Part shown: in pieces, positions 12,409 to 25,848 of the stretch
Layout of the letters: each line of letters opens with the position of its first letter
Numbering within the stretch: position 1 is the first letter of the stretch
NCBI RefSeq assembly: GCF_006345805.1
Contig: NC_043000.1
Span: 61,008,001-61,072,000 of the forward strand
Length of the DNA: 64,000 bases
From: Octopus sinensis
Taxonomy: Eukaryota
Direction of reading: 5' to 3'
Program-made: the position numbers and the translations under genes
The notes under the pieces: model-generated
The model's database searches: none
Seen by the model: only the letters and a program-made list of their open reading frames with translations
What the model was told of the DNA's origin: nothing

Positions 12409-12880
12409 CTGAGTAAAGAAGTTTTTAGAGTCTTCAAACCTCTCAGAGAGAGGAGAGGAGAGAGAGAGAGAGAGAAGGAGAGAAAGGGAGAGAGAGAAGG
12501 GCACCATTAATAGAATGATTATAATCAATGAATTATCCTATGCTTTATGTCGACCTTTTATGAAGTTTTCTTCAAATCAGACTGAAAATAGGAGTTAGTA
12601 AAACACGCACAGCAGATATAACATTGATATCACAAGCAGTATTGATTGTTTGTCCATTGTTAGAGAAGTCAGTTTTGGGGATGGCTCTAGTCATTTGAAT
12701 CAATCTGGGACGAATGTAAAGCAAAATCTCTTTCAGTGGGAATTGATTTCATATCTGAACGACTAAAGTCTAAGTGATTTTTACATTAACGCTCGGTCTC
12801 ATATTTGAATGGGACAAATTTAATTAATTGAATTGAATAAAGCTAGAACGTAATTGGTACTTATTTGATCAATGCCAATA

Positions 12881-13335
12881 ATATTGGTTTCACATTTTGG
12901 CATGAGGCCAGCAATTTCGAGGGAGGGAGTAAGTCGATTACATCGACCCTAGAGTTCAACTGGTACTTATTTTATCAATCTTGAACGGATGAAAGGCCAA
13001 GTCGACTCCGGCGGAATTTCAACTCAGAACGTGAAGACGGGGGAAATGCCTCTAAGCGTTTTACTCGGCATGCTAAGGATTCTGCCAGCACGCTGCCATA
13101 TCAGTTCCTATAAAACTGTAAGTCTAACCAACACAGGTTATCAAGTGTATGTGTGTGTGTGGTACAAACAGGATCTTTTCTACTCTAGGCACAAGGCCCG
13201 AAGTTTTGAGGGAGGGTCTAGTCGATTAGATCGACCCCAGTATGCAACTGATACTTAATTTATCGACCCCGAAAGGATGAAAGGCAAAGTCGACCTCGGC
13301 GGAATTTGAACTCAGAACGTAAAGGCAGACGAAGA
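12881..13335 (-). mobile_element. two adjacent SINE family A copies (12881-13100 and 13172-13335)
   Basis: Core motif occurs twice; the second copy has the ctctaggcacaaggccc tail seen in the dimer at 54018-54372. Confidence 0.88.
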
Positions 13336-14333
13336 CAAACATACACGCACGCTCACATATATAAAAAGGAACTCCTGCACTGTTTCCGTCAACTAAATTC
13401 ACTCACAAGACATTAGTCAACCCGGAGCTATAGTAAAAGCAGCTTGCCAAATGTGCCGCGCAGTGGGATTGAACCCGAAACCATGTTTTGCAAAGTGAGT
13501 TTCTTAACAGCACAGCCACATCGACATAATATTTACAAGTTAAATCGCGCCTTTTGTAAAATATTATCTTCTTGTTAAGCAAGTCATACTTCTTACTGCA
13601 GTTGCTGTTGCCTTTCAGCCATGATTGAATAGATGCTTAAAGCAGTTTTAGCAACGACCGTATTCTTCATCACAGTATAACGATGACTGTATTATCCTAA
13701 TATGTTCCTTTCTGTTTCAAGACAACTGATGTGATTTACGGACATTTTCCTTTTATTTTAGATGGTAGGTTGATCATATAGAAACTTCCTCGACGATTCG
13801 TTTTTCTATAATTTTAATATTTAGTACATTAACATTAAGTCGATGTTGTTATTGTTTAGTGACAGGTCAACTCTACTGAAATAGATTTATGATCGAAGGA
13901 CATTCCAACCGTGACGATTCCGTTTTTCGCTTGTGAATGAAGGAAGCCCTGAATCACATTAATCAATGTGTCCTTTACTAGGATGGTGAGTTTGTAAATT
14001 AAAGATTTTATTGCTACTTCGAAAAAATCGAGCAACCAAATAGAGGCTTTAAGAATGGTGGATTATTTTAATAAAGATACTTAAGTATTAGATGGATAGA
14101 GCTGGATAGATAGACAGATGGTGCTGAGAGAGAGAGAGAGAGGGAGGGAGAGAGTGAGAGAGAGGGAGGGAGAGAGAGTGGGAGAGAGTGAGAGAGAGAG
14201 GGAGGGAGAGAGAGAAAGAGTGAGAGAGAGAATTTAAAGTTGGCTTGATCTTTTTCTTTCTGTCGATACTAATCTGAAAATTAACCGAAATGTCTACTGC
14301 AGAAACGAAATGAATTAGAATATAGACAAACCA

Positions 14334-14382
14334 AATAATAATAATAATAATAACAATAGTAGTAGTAGTAGTGGTAGTAGTA

Positions 14383-14439
<57 letters not shown>

Positions 14440-14503
14440 ATAATGATGATAATAATAGAAATAAAAATAATAATAATAATCATAATAATAATAATAATAA
14501 TAA
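14334..14503. repeat. (AAT)n/(AGT)n trinucleotide compound repeat preceded by (GA)n
   Basis: Directly visible; explains the poly-I/poly-T ORF 14088-14534. Confidence 0.95.
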
Positions 14504-15123
14504 TAGTGAGGTACTCAAAGCCATTCATCTTCACACACGAATGAGAATATATTTAATACGGATGAGCAGCTTATTTTTATTTACTTTTCTTAGAGGACAA
14601 GAAGAACAGTGCAACAGTATTGATTTGCTTAACATTCCAGGAATTAGTTCTATATGTAGATCATATATATATATATATATATATAATATATATATATATA
14701 TATTATATATATATATATACATGTATGTATGTTTATATGTATTTCCCTCTCACATATACTCGAACGCACACTCAGACGCACACGCGCTCTCATGCATGCG
14801 AACACGCGCATGCAAACATATATAGAATATTACCTACAGAAACTATAGTGTGTCACACTAAATGCTTAGGACTATTTTCGTTTTTGTGCACTCTAATTTC
14901 AAATTCCCCGAGAGTCGAGCTTAACGTACACGTTGATCCACTGTGGATGAAATTAAGTGACAGTTATGTGCGTTGTTCAATCTTACATAAATGTAGTTTC
15001 CGCATCCCACCACCAACCTTTAGAACTTTGTGTCAGCATCAATCAAATTTATATGTATTATAATACAGACATGCATGCATGCATACATACATACATACAT
15101 ACATACATACATACATACATACA

Positions 15124-15154
<31 letters not shown>

Positions 15155-15504
15155 TAGTCAAGTGATGTAGACACCACTGATGAAGCCCCAATAAAGACCG
15201 AAAATTGGTGGAGGCTGTCCATCATATTTTCAACCAATTGGTTAATTTGACATGTCTGCTTAGTAGGCTTACTTATATTATATCATACCTTGATACTGTG
15301 TGGACTGGGTACCCTATTGGCAAGCTTCTGATATTGGATAAAGTATTAAACACATAATATTCAAAGTCATTCTAGTTCCGAGGAGCTAGTAGATTTGATG
15401 TGTATATAAACGGATAAAAAAAAAAAATATATATATATATATTCAGAGTCGAATTGTTTTTATAAAATCCTGGTGTTACGGAAATAGATAGATAGAGAGT
15501 AAGG

Positions 15505-15535
<31 letters not shown>

Positions 15536-16106
15536 AGAGATGTACAGGTTAGCATATTTAATACAATTTTATTTGCCCGAAATTACTCGCGTATTGAGAG
15601 TTAATGATAATATTTTTAAGAAGGGACAAGGGAAGGAACTCCGTAATTTATATTCATTAGAATTTAAATGAACATACTGCGGGAGTGTAAATCTAATTTT
15701 CAGTGTTGATTGATACGGCGACACCTCGGGTTATACATATATATTCTGTATGTAATGTATGTATGTATGTATGTATGTATGTATAACATTCCCATACACC
15801 CCCAAACATCTATCTAATCTATCCATCTATCTTTCTCTATGACTTGTTGAATTTTGATAAACGTGTAAAATATCTCTGTCACTGGTATAAAAATTTTTAC
15901 AATTATATTTTTTTGTTTTGGTTTCCATGTTTTCTATATTTGTCATCCAACTCAAACACATTAATGTTTTGTGTGATATAATGTTTGTTTAAATATTTAT
16001 ACTTGTCTGTCTGCCTGTTCCGCTTTTCAATTACTATGGTGACAAAAACACACAGAAGAGCACAGAAGCAAATAAAATAACTTGTAACAAAAGTAAAATG
16101 GCGTAC

Positions 16107-16206
16107 CACAAACGCTCGATTGACGTCTCGATTTATTGTGAAAGTCAACTCGACCCGATGCAACATTAATCCTAATATCGTAATTTCTCAGAAGCATCTC
16201 GAATCT
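16107..16206 (-). CDS. candidate internal coding exon (RFEMLLRNYDIRINVASGRVDFHNKSRRQSSVC-G)
   Basis: 100 nt, open frame, phase-1 donor G|GTACGC matching the phase-1 acceptor at 12408; acceptor (aaatatAG) is weak. Confidence 0.4.
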
Positions 16207-17274
16207 CTATATTTATGATGTGAAGATTTAACGTGTGCAATGCTATGGTGTAGTTAATCATAGGTGTAATTTATTTTCTCTCTCTCCCTAGCTTTCTCTC
16301 TCATTCCTTATATCTATCTATCTGCCCAACGAATTCAATGACATCGCTTGTAACCCTAAATTTAGCTCTGACCTTAGCCTCCCCCTTTCTCTCTCTATTT
16401 GCATATCTTTCTTCCTCTTATTCTCTCTATCCAGCTTACTTGCTCTCTTTAATTTTCCTTTCGTTTTCTCACTTATTCCTTCTTCATAGTTTTCACTCTA
16501 TCTCAGTCTCTTAACCTTACCTGTCTCAGACTATACCTCTCTCTCGATCATTCTTTTCCTCACTATGCACATATTAATATTCGATATATCATTCCACCAC
16601 GCCAGGAGTCTATAAGAATACAATTAAGCCCTGAATTTGTTGTTCTGAATTGATAAGAAAGAGATAAGAAATTGCCTCTTCGCTGAATAGACCGATAATC
16701 TATCATAGGGTTTCAATTTTAGAAAATCCACGGTATTTCTTGTACAGCTAGATAAACCGAGGCAAAAACATACATTCTAAATCACAAATAGAATTAGTTA
16801 ATACCCCCACCAAAAAAAAGAAAAAAAAAAGAAAAGAAAATATTTAGTTTATATTTTTCAGTTGGTGATTTAGTAGATATTTTCAAATCCTGATGTAATA
16901 TAAAATAGTATCGGAAGAAAGCTAAAGTAATGACAATTAAATTATCATGAAAAGTTCAACGTTTCGGGACGTGCCTTCTAAATCAAGCGACAACACCCCT
17001 TCTTCTTTGCTCACTCTTAGATGACGTTTAAGGCGCGAACTGTTACACTTTACACACCTCACGACAAATGATCTTCATCTATTTTGAACTTTCCTGTTGA
17101 TTAATTGATTTTTGCCAACATAGACCAACGTCAGTTTCCTCATATTTTACATTTTGTTGTATCGGATATAGATAAATCGTTCAGTGAAGTTCAAAGGTTA
17201 AGATCAACACGCTGAATTATTATTTAAACAAAGACTCTCTTGACGTTTGATGCATTAATATTACGATATCACAA

Positions 17275-17348
17275 ATGGCAGAAGTTACTAGGTATCTCAT
17301 ATCATTTGTGCTTATTTTTGTTTTCGTTTTATATATCGCATTTGGAGA
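17275..17348 (+). CDS. candidate first exon encoding a signal peptide or TM segment (MAEVTRYLISFVLIFVFVLYIAFG)
   Basis: Strong start context acaaATGG, hydrophobic core, possible donor GA|GTAATA; otherwise it stops after 25 codons. Confidence 0.25.
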
Positions 17349-17741
17349 GTAATAGTGTCGTTGGTTACGAATTTCCAGCGGATAAATTGCGGGCTTACTG
17401 CATTTAAAATGGTCAGAGTGATGTGGCAAAGGATATCCAGCTTGGACGAAACAAATATCATATAAGGTATTTTCTTCGAAAGCATCGTTTTATCGAAATT
17501 CTCAGTAACGATTAAATCTTTCCCCGAGTGAAACCTGAATGACTGCTGAGCATGAAACCCAAGGTAGTCCGCATGATATGTAAGTGAGTAAACATATTGT
17601 TATATATACATTTGTTATAAATACAAATTTATTACTCTACACCCCACTTTCAGACGCTGTATATTCTGGGGGATATTTTGATAGTATTTATCAAGCATGA
17701 TACTACATATTTATGCACGCGTGGGCACACACACACGCGCT

Positions 17742-17798
<57 letters not shown>

Positions 17799-18402
17799 AC
17801 ACACACACACACACAGAGACTGTGTCGAACAAATTTCACTGGCAAGAAATTGGTAAATACAAGACTATGCAGAAGATACTTGCCCAAGGTACTGCGCACC
17901 TACTTCCTGCGAGTCGAGCTTCTTAGCCATATCTGCAATCAGTGATGGTAGTGGTGGTGGTGGTGGACTTTTATGCAGTTATGCAGATATAAATCCCCCC
18001 CAAACAAAAACAAAAACAAAAACAAAAAACGAGTCGATGTTCATTCTTTCCCGTCTCTTTTATGTATTTCAGAAGCGACATGATTGTGGAATGATAAAAA
18101 GCTGAATAAAGTATAGAGATAGTTTATTCGCAGAAATTATTTTACCAAAGCACTTTATTGATCAAAGCATTCTATTAATGTTAGCTATTTTGATCCCTAC
18201 TCCTGAAATAAATTTCGAACCAAACAATTTTCATGAAAACTTTGAGTGACAAGAAAATATTTTGGCTTGTACTCGTTCACTGAATCTTAGTGGCTTAGGG
18301 ATTCGTAGTTCAAGCAAATAATGCAAATAATACGAACAAAACATTTTGAGTAGTAACTGTACATTTAAGATTATTGCAGCAGTGCTCTTCGTCATTATAC
18401 AG

Positions 18403-18460
18403 ATTCAAAATATCAAAAATGAAATTGTATGAAAAGATGTTTGATATATGTCAAACGCAG
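18403..18460 (+). CDS. candidate exon (FKISKMKLYEKMFDICQTQ)
   Basis: Acceptor tcattatacAG, donor CAG|GTATAT; phase compatible with 17275-17348. Confidence 0.2.
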
Positions 18461-18899
18461 GTATATGAAATCGTTTAAGTGATTTGATACGTTTACAGAA
18501 TATTTTCTTCGTATTACTGAAGAAAACTTTAAAGATGGACAGTACATATTTATGTTTACATTTATCTGGTTTCTGATCCACTCACTCTACTAAAATAAAA
18601 TAAAATGAAATATAAAAAAATTAAAGGGTAATGTAGTCTCTTGAATTATAAAAGTGATTTATGATTTAACTATCATAAGATAGTAAATAAGACTTCCAAG
18701 CTACACAAATTTATCGACCGCTAAGTAATATGCTTAATCGAAAGGCTTAGCATATAGTTTTCTAACTGATGGATTTAAAGCAGAGATTTATTTTTAAAGA
18801 TGGAAGAGGTTTCGCCGATCAAAACAAAGGCAAGTTTATAAAGGGTAGCTTTGTCTCGAATTTTGAGAGAGAGAGAGAGAGAGAGAGAAAGCGAGAGAG

Positions 18900-18938
<39 letters not shown>

Positions 18939-19559
18939 TTCTGGTTTATAGGTTAGCTAGAAAATCCATAAAAACAATCCAAGCAGATACAATGAAATGA
19001 AATAATATATATATATGTGCGTGTGTGTATGTGTGTGTGTGTGTTTATATGTATATATGTATATACTTATATATGTATGTGTGTCAGTGCGTGCGCGTAT
19101 GTGCATGTAATTTTATAGTTGTTATCTCGAAGTATTGAATATGTACATAATTTAAATAACACGTTCCAAGTGGGTTCTTTGTATATAGAAAAACATCAGA
19201 TGCACCAGTAAACATCTGAGTTATTGCTGTTCAATATCACTCCAACCGTCAATAATCATAGTCATTTCAACTGTGGCAATTCCACTTTATAAGGGACATG
19301 TTGGGCTGTATTATCTAATGTGTCCTTCCCTTATATTGTACAGTAGGATTTGAATTGGGAAAATCTGGCAGCCATTCTTAGCAAGACGTGTGTAAATTAG
19401 GCAGTACTTATTCACATTAAAACTATAGTTATTATTAAATATAAAAATAGAAATATTAAATTTGTCAAAGTAAATGTTAATATTATTTGTTATTAATAAA
19501 AGATGCTGTCTCGAACCATGGATTTCTCCACATATTTGTGATTGAGAATCTCGTTTTAC

Positions 19560-19935
19560 CGGTTGCAAGTATGGCTGTGCATTTGAGAAGATCAATTTGT
19601 AACCATGTAGTTTCAGGTACAGTCTCAATGCACGACACCTAGGGCAAGTGTCTTGTACTAGAGCTCTGAGCCGATCATTTCTTCGTGAATGAATTTAGTA
19701 GGCAGAAACTGCGTGGAAGCCCGTCGAATCAATAAATAAATATATGTATGTATGTATGCACAAGTATCTTTGTGTTTGTCCCTCACCGCTCGTCAACCGG
19801 TGTCGGCTTGTTTACGTTCTCGTAACATAGCAGTTCGTTAAAAAGAGATCGATAATAAAAGTAACTGATAAAAAAAGTACTAGAGTCCATTTGTACGACT
19901 AAACAATTCAAGGTTGTGCTTCAAGTGAAAGGTAA
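19560..19935 (+). mobile_element. SINE family B copy (CORE-like ccttgggcaagt motif, internal microsatellite)
   Basis: aaccatgtagtttcagg...acctagggcaagtgtcttgtact...gaagcccgtcg...(tatg)...gactaaacaattcaagg. Confidence 0.8.
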
Positions 19936-19956
19936 AGGATAAAAGAGTCTTAGGAC

Positions 19957-22900
19957 TGTAATATCATTGTTATGCCGAAATTACTTATTGTTGCATGCGT
20001 TTATCATGCTTTCATGTCATCGCGACTTTTAAGATGGCTCCGGTTTGGTGTCTAAGATCTTGGGTATGCAGTTTAAAAAAACAAAAAAACGCTTCTGAAC
20101 ACAAACAATCGTGTGCGACAACGGTTTTACTTGGATAAACTGAACACGACAATGGCAACGCCAAATAATAATGAACTTCTACTGGATGGTCCAGATATGA
20201 GAGAAGGATTGATTGTGATGCCTTGCTGCTACTGCCGGACATACAACTGAACACTAACGATTATAATCAAATCACAGATTTTATTTTTCTCCATAGCAGA
20301 TATGTTAAACATACAAAAAGTTTCTATGATGGTAAAAATCTCTGGAAATTGTAAATATAAAAAAAATTGTAGTAATAAGAGACTTGTGATAATGACAAAA
20401 AAAAATTACTGAATGGGTCAGTGTGTTACAACATCAAAGTCTAACCGAATCGATTAATGCTACGCTCAGAGATTACGTGAGTTAGCTCGTTTTCGTGAAA
20501 TTGAAAAATAAATTGGAAGTAAAGGCCAGACTGTTACAGAAGATGATATGATTCAAATGAGATTCATACATAGCATGCTATCGTTTGAGCATCATATAAA
20601 AGCATATAATGCCGTCAATCAATTGAATCCGAAGTTTAATGCATGCATTCAACAACTTGAAATGATTTTCAAAAGTTCTACTGATTGAAAGGTAAAAAGA
20701 AACGAACACAAATATAAAAAATGATGTCATATGTTGATAGAAAAAGGCATAAATCTGGCTCTAATTGTCGCCTTTGCAGATAAAAGCAGGCGCCATCAAA
20801 ATGTCCTACATTTGGTATAACTTGTTTTAAATGTGGAATAAAGAATCACTTTCAAGAAATATGTAAATTTGCATCCAATCCAAGAGAAATGTTTAGAAAA
20901 TTGAAGAAAATGTTAAGTGTTTATGAAATTGACATAAAGATACAATATTCAATGCGATACTCAATAATTTTATCGGTAAGAAACAAGTTGACGCTGTCAG
21001 TCAGGTAACTGTTAATGCTTCAATATTTCTGAATGAATTTGAATAGATCAAAGTTTAAAAGAGCTAAAAGTCAGTGATTTCAAATTCAAACAGTTTGATG
21101 GATCACTCATTGAAAATTTTTGTAAGTTTGAAGCGTTAATGGAAATTGATGACAGAATATATGTTGTGAGTGTTGTTGATGTTGCTGAATCTGTAAAAAA
21201 ATAAAATCACTGCTTATATGGCATGGAGATTAGGAGATTAGGAAGGCCATTTTATTTCGAGGTCTTAACAAAACTGAGGAAACTAATGAATGGGCTTTTA
21301 GGAACGATTCCTCCTGGGGGTAGTAAATGGACCTCTTCTTTCGTGGTTGCGTGAGATGTTGATGTAGATCTCAGTATATGCGAAGGCTGTAAAGTCGGCG
21401 TAAATGAACGAATTTGTTCAGAATCTTATCCAACTTCAAATATTGAATATTAGATTCTTTCTGGTATGAATTATTTTACCAGATAAAATATGATAGAAAT
21501 GGGTGTTCAAACGAAAGAAGTTACAATAAATACATTAATGGACCTTTTAAGATGGACATGTCTTTCACATGGCATAATAACAGTTAGCGTTATGCTTCAG
21601 CACTCAACCGAACATGTTGAAAACGATATCGATAATATTTTTCAAGATAATGTATGTCTAGGTACTAAAAATGTGGAAAGATTATATATTAAGGTGGATA
21701 GGATCAATAAGAACAAATTAGAATTATCAGACATGGGGATCAATCAAGCAAAGTCAGTAAAAGACTGAAGAATTGCCATTTTATGTGATATATGTGGACA
21801 AAAATAGTATATCATGCGACCATTGTTTAATAGAAAAAATTATGAATTTCAAACCTCTAAATGATAGAGAAAAGGGAATTAGAATATTTTCTTGTCTTAT
21901 CATTTTTATAAGCAACGTATTGATCATTATTCAGACAGGACATCGTTCTTTGCATCTCTTCATAAATGTGGTATCCCATTTTCATAGGGGTATAAAATTG
22001 ATGTTAGTGTCAAAATCAGAGGTACAAATTTGTGATGTCACAAAAGAAGTTTCCCTAACAACTGATGCAAGTGAAAAAGGCTATATAAGGAATATTTTTA
22101 TGATGTGTCAAGAGTATTAACCACATCTAAAACAAGATATTGAAATATAGAAAGGAAAGCTTTGGTCGTTGAAAGCTGTACTTGAAAAGTATATGTTTTT
22201 GCTTGACCACACATTTAAATCGGACTCAAATCTAAGGCCAGTAGAATTTATTTTTAGAAAAACTTACGCTTTACCGAAAGTAGCATCTGCTGGTATTTTA
22301 CAAATGACATCATTGATTACGAAATATATTATATAAAAGAAACTGAAATAGCACATTTGATGTAATATCACGGTTGGAAATTATTTATAACGCTAGTTTG
22401 GAAGAATATGCTTTTGATGTTGATGTAGAAACTGATGTTAGAAAGCGTGAAAATATGGAACTGAATACTCACGATGATAATTTTTTTCTGGATTTTTAAC
22501 TATAACTGATGCAATTGTTCTCTTGTTAAAAGGCCTTTTAAGTTATAGAAAAATATGATAATAATTGACAATGGCATTTTCTGGAATGGAGAATTAATTT
22601 GAGAATATTGATGATAAAAACTGTGTATGATGACGTACATCATGGCTCAATGACAGCAAAAACTCAGCTGAAATTAGTCTTAGGACAATATGTGCGATAT
22701 CTAACATGTGCTAGAAGAAAACTGAAGTTATAGCCTAAAAAAATATAAAGCAGGGATACGTGTGTTGTGGATCACATTTATGTCAAGAATTATTGATTAT
22801 ACATATTCTTGGTGGCGAGAAGTAATAATACTTAGTAATAAAGAAGCAGAAACAGCTAGGCAGTCGTTAAGAACTGTGTTTTCTAGAAATGGCATTCCAG

Positions 22901-23990
22901 AAGCATTATTAGTTGACAATGTCTTTGAATTTCATGATGAATACATGATTAAGAGCAGGTTAAGAGAAAATCAGCCAGAATCAAAAGGAATTGCCGAAAA
23001 AATGTTCGCAAGTCTTAAAATGAGTTTTAAAGCATATACTCTAGTACAAGCTTGATTAATTTCTATTTTAACCGAATGCATTTGAGTTATCGGATAAGTC
23101 TTCATCTAGAAAGAATTCTCAATCAATCAGTTTTCATGAACAGATATCCATGATAACTATTAACAATGACTTATATTATCCCAGTTTGGGATAATACAGA
23201 AGAAATTATGACGATAACAAACTAGATTTATATCAGATAAAAATACAACTATGATTCTTAAGAGTGAACAGATATATTTTATATTTTATCTGATTATGGA
23301 GATACGAGAAAAAGAAACAATGGCATAAATTTTGATGGTGAATAAAATACAGAATCAGACCCCATAGCTTTGAATAATATTAATAAAAATTGTGATTTCA
23401 CCACTGATAAAGGAAGGAATATGACACATGATTGAAAGAAGAAACATTTCAAATAATATTAGTTCTCGAATAATGAGAAGAATTAAATTAAATCGTTTCT
23501 GGGTGATGTGATATTATTGTCATCTAATATTGATTTTGAATTTTGGTACAAGGCCAGCAATTTCGGGGAAGGAGCTAAGTCGATGACATCAACCTTAGTG
23601 CTCAACTGGGACTTAGTTTATCGACTCCGAAAGGATGTAAGGCAAAGTCGACCTTGGCGGCATTTGAACTCAGAACATAAAGACAAAAACAATGCCACTA
23701 AGCATTTCGCCCGATGCGCTAACAATTCTGCCAGCTCGCCACCTTAATTTTATCTCATATTAATTGTAGCTTTGCATACGTGTTACCTGATTATACGTGA
23801 TTGAATTATTTTATGTCATTACCAGTTCGATGTCAGAAAGCTGAGCTATTCAGTTTCTAAACATAAACAATCGCGTGCACGAACGGCTTAACTGGATGCT
23901 GCAGTTCCTGACAATGAGTGAATAGCTTGGCCGCCAGCACACTTAAAGATTTAGACACTTTCGCATCTCAGAAATACCACAACGAACATT
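19957..23990 (+). mobile_element. decayed Ty3/Gypsy LTR retrotransposon (gag zinc knuckle, RT/RNase H, integrase, paired LTRs)
   Basis: CCHC knuckle CFKCGIKNHFQEIC (20823-20864); RNase H TKEVSLTTDASEK (about 22040-22080); integrase VFSRNGIPEALLVDN...QPESKGIAEKM (22762-23055); RT-RH-IN order; many stops and frameshifts. Confidence 0.9.
23531..23746 (-). mobile_element. SINE family A copy inserted in the 3' LTR of the Gypsy relic
   Basis: Full core plus head; removing it restores the LTR-LTR spacing. Confidence 0.85.
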
Positions 23991-24399
23991 ATCAGGAATA
24001 CTTCTAATGATTTGGTACAACGATACATCAAGCGGGACCATGAGGCTACGATTGCAAAAAAATAATCTATGGTCTGGTTCAAGGTTTCTCAACATCGGTG
24101 CAGCTACTTTGAAAATTATTTTGTTAAAAAACGAATCACTCACTGTTTTCGAAGTTAGGCTGTCAAGACGTTCACATAGTTCCTCTGCTCTATATAATGA
24201 TATTATAACAATAATCTGTATAATGGTATTATAAGAATAATCCTAAGCGTATAGTCTATAATTTAGTCGCAAAAGCGTGTCAATAAAAGTAATGAAGATA
24301 CACACGCTAGAGATTTGACCCATATTTGTGTCCTCAAAAACGCAGCTCTCAAGTGCCTGTGTAGGCGTATGTGTAGATATGTATGTATTAATTTGTGTG

Positions 24400-24844
24400 T
24401 ACACACAAAACCACACAGACTTATACACACACACACACACGCACACATACACACACATATATGCATAAATGTACATTATATATATATGTATAGACATATG
24501 TATCTATAAATATATATATATATATATTTAGTTTTATTCATGCGTATTTATCTCTATATGTTTCCTTTTCCCTTTACTTTGTGCACACACACACGCACAC
24601 CCACGGTATAGTTCCTATATGTGTAGAATAGCTCTATGCTTCTTCATTCATACATTTACATGTAGCTATGTTTATACACATATATATTCATATATATACA
24701 TATATATATATATATGCATATATATATATATGTATATACATATATGCATACATATATGTGCATATATATATATATGTATGTATCTATATCGGTACATATC
24801 CATGCATATACAAACATGTATTCATTCGCTCGCACACACATGCA

Positions 24845-24892
<48 letters not shown>

Positions 24893-24920
24893 CATGCATA
24901 CATACACATACATATATAAA
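24400..24920. repeat. compound (CA)/(TA)/(TATG) low-complexity block
   Basis: Directly visible; source of several YI/HT ORFs. Confidence 0.92.
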
Positions 24921-25848
24921 ACCTATTTCTTGTTTATCGCCAATTAAGAACCAGTGAAACGTTGTCAGTTTTCAGTGTTGTAAAAATATAATTGCATTTG
25001 ATACATTTTGTTTGTTTCCTAGTCTTCTTCTCCACTTGTTAAGGAACATGATGAAAGATATTTATTTCTCATTACAGCAATTTAACTTCGCTTCTGGCTA
25101 TCCAACTATTCGTTATCATGGACAATTTCACAGTAATCTTAGTTAAATATAAAAAAATGTTTCAATTAAAAAGAAAAAAAAAACAATATAAAATAAATCT
25201 AAAAAAACAGTTCATATTTGTAAGCGATTTTTCAAATGGTTGAAATTTGTTGAGCACTTCTATTTCAATTTAATATTGATTTCTGGAATAGGCAGTAGGC
25301 CAAAATTAGATGAAACCCAGTACGTAACTGTTACATATTTTATATAGAACGAGGTTAAGTTAAGACAAGAGTGTAAAGAGACGTAACTGAAAGGAAATTT
25401 AATCCATCACTGTATCGTTGCAGCTTTTACTTATTTATTTCATTGCATAGATAAAATGTCAAGTTTTTGGTGTTACATAGATTCAAGTTAGTTCTGAGTC
25501 TTGGTTCCTACAATAAATGCTATGTCTGCTATTTTCATTGTTAGATACACTGTATTAGGAACTACATTACCTCATGTGTCTTTCCTTTATGTTGTGTGTG
25601 ATATAAGGGATGTTTCGCTGTTACTTACAAATTACTATCCTCATTATGAAACTTCAGATTTGTTACTTACAAAGAGGTTTACTTATTGGATCGAGTTGTC
25701 TTCGTCACTGATGTTAATAGATACAGCTAGTTAAATCCACTACAGAACTCAAAATATTACTGATACTTAGAGACCTTGAAAACATGAAAACATGAAGATT
25801 AGGAGTTTGGATAAATAGGCAAGAAGCTTCGTTTTTAACTCCTTAGAA

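Noticed and set aside
19200-19400. Peptide fragments IIDGWSD (hAT-like) and WLPDFPNSNP (Tc1-like) on the minus strand
   Set aside because: They are in different frames, broken by stops and too short to assign.
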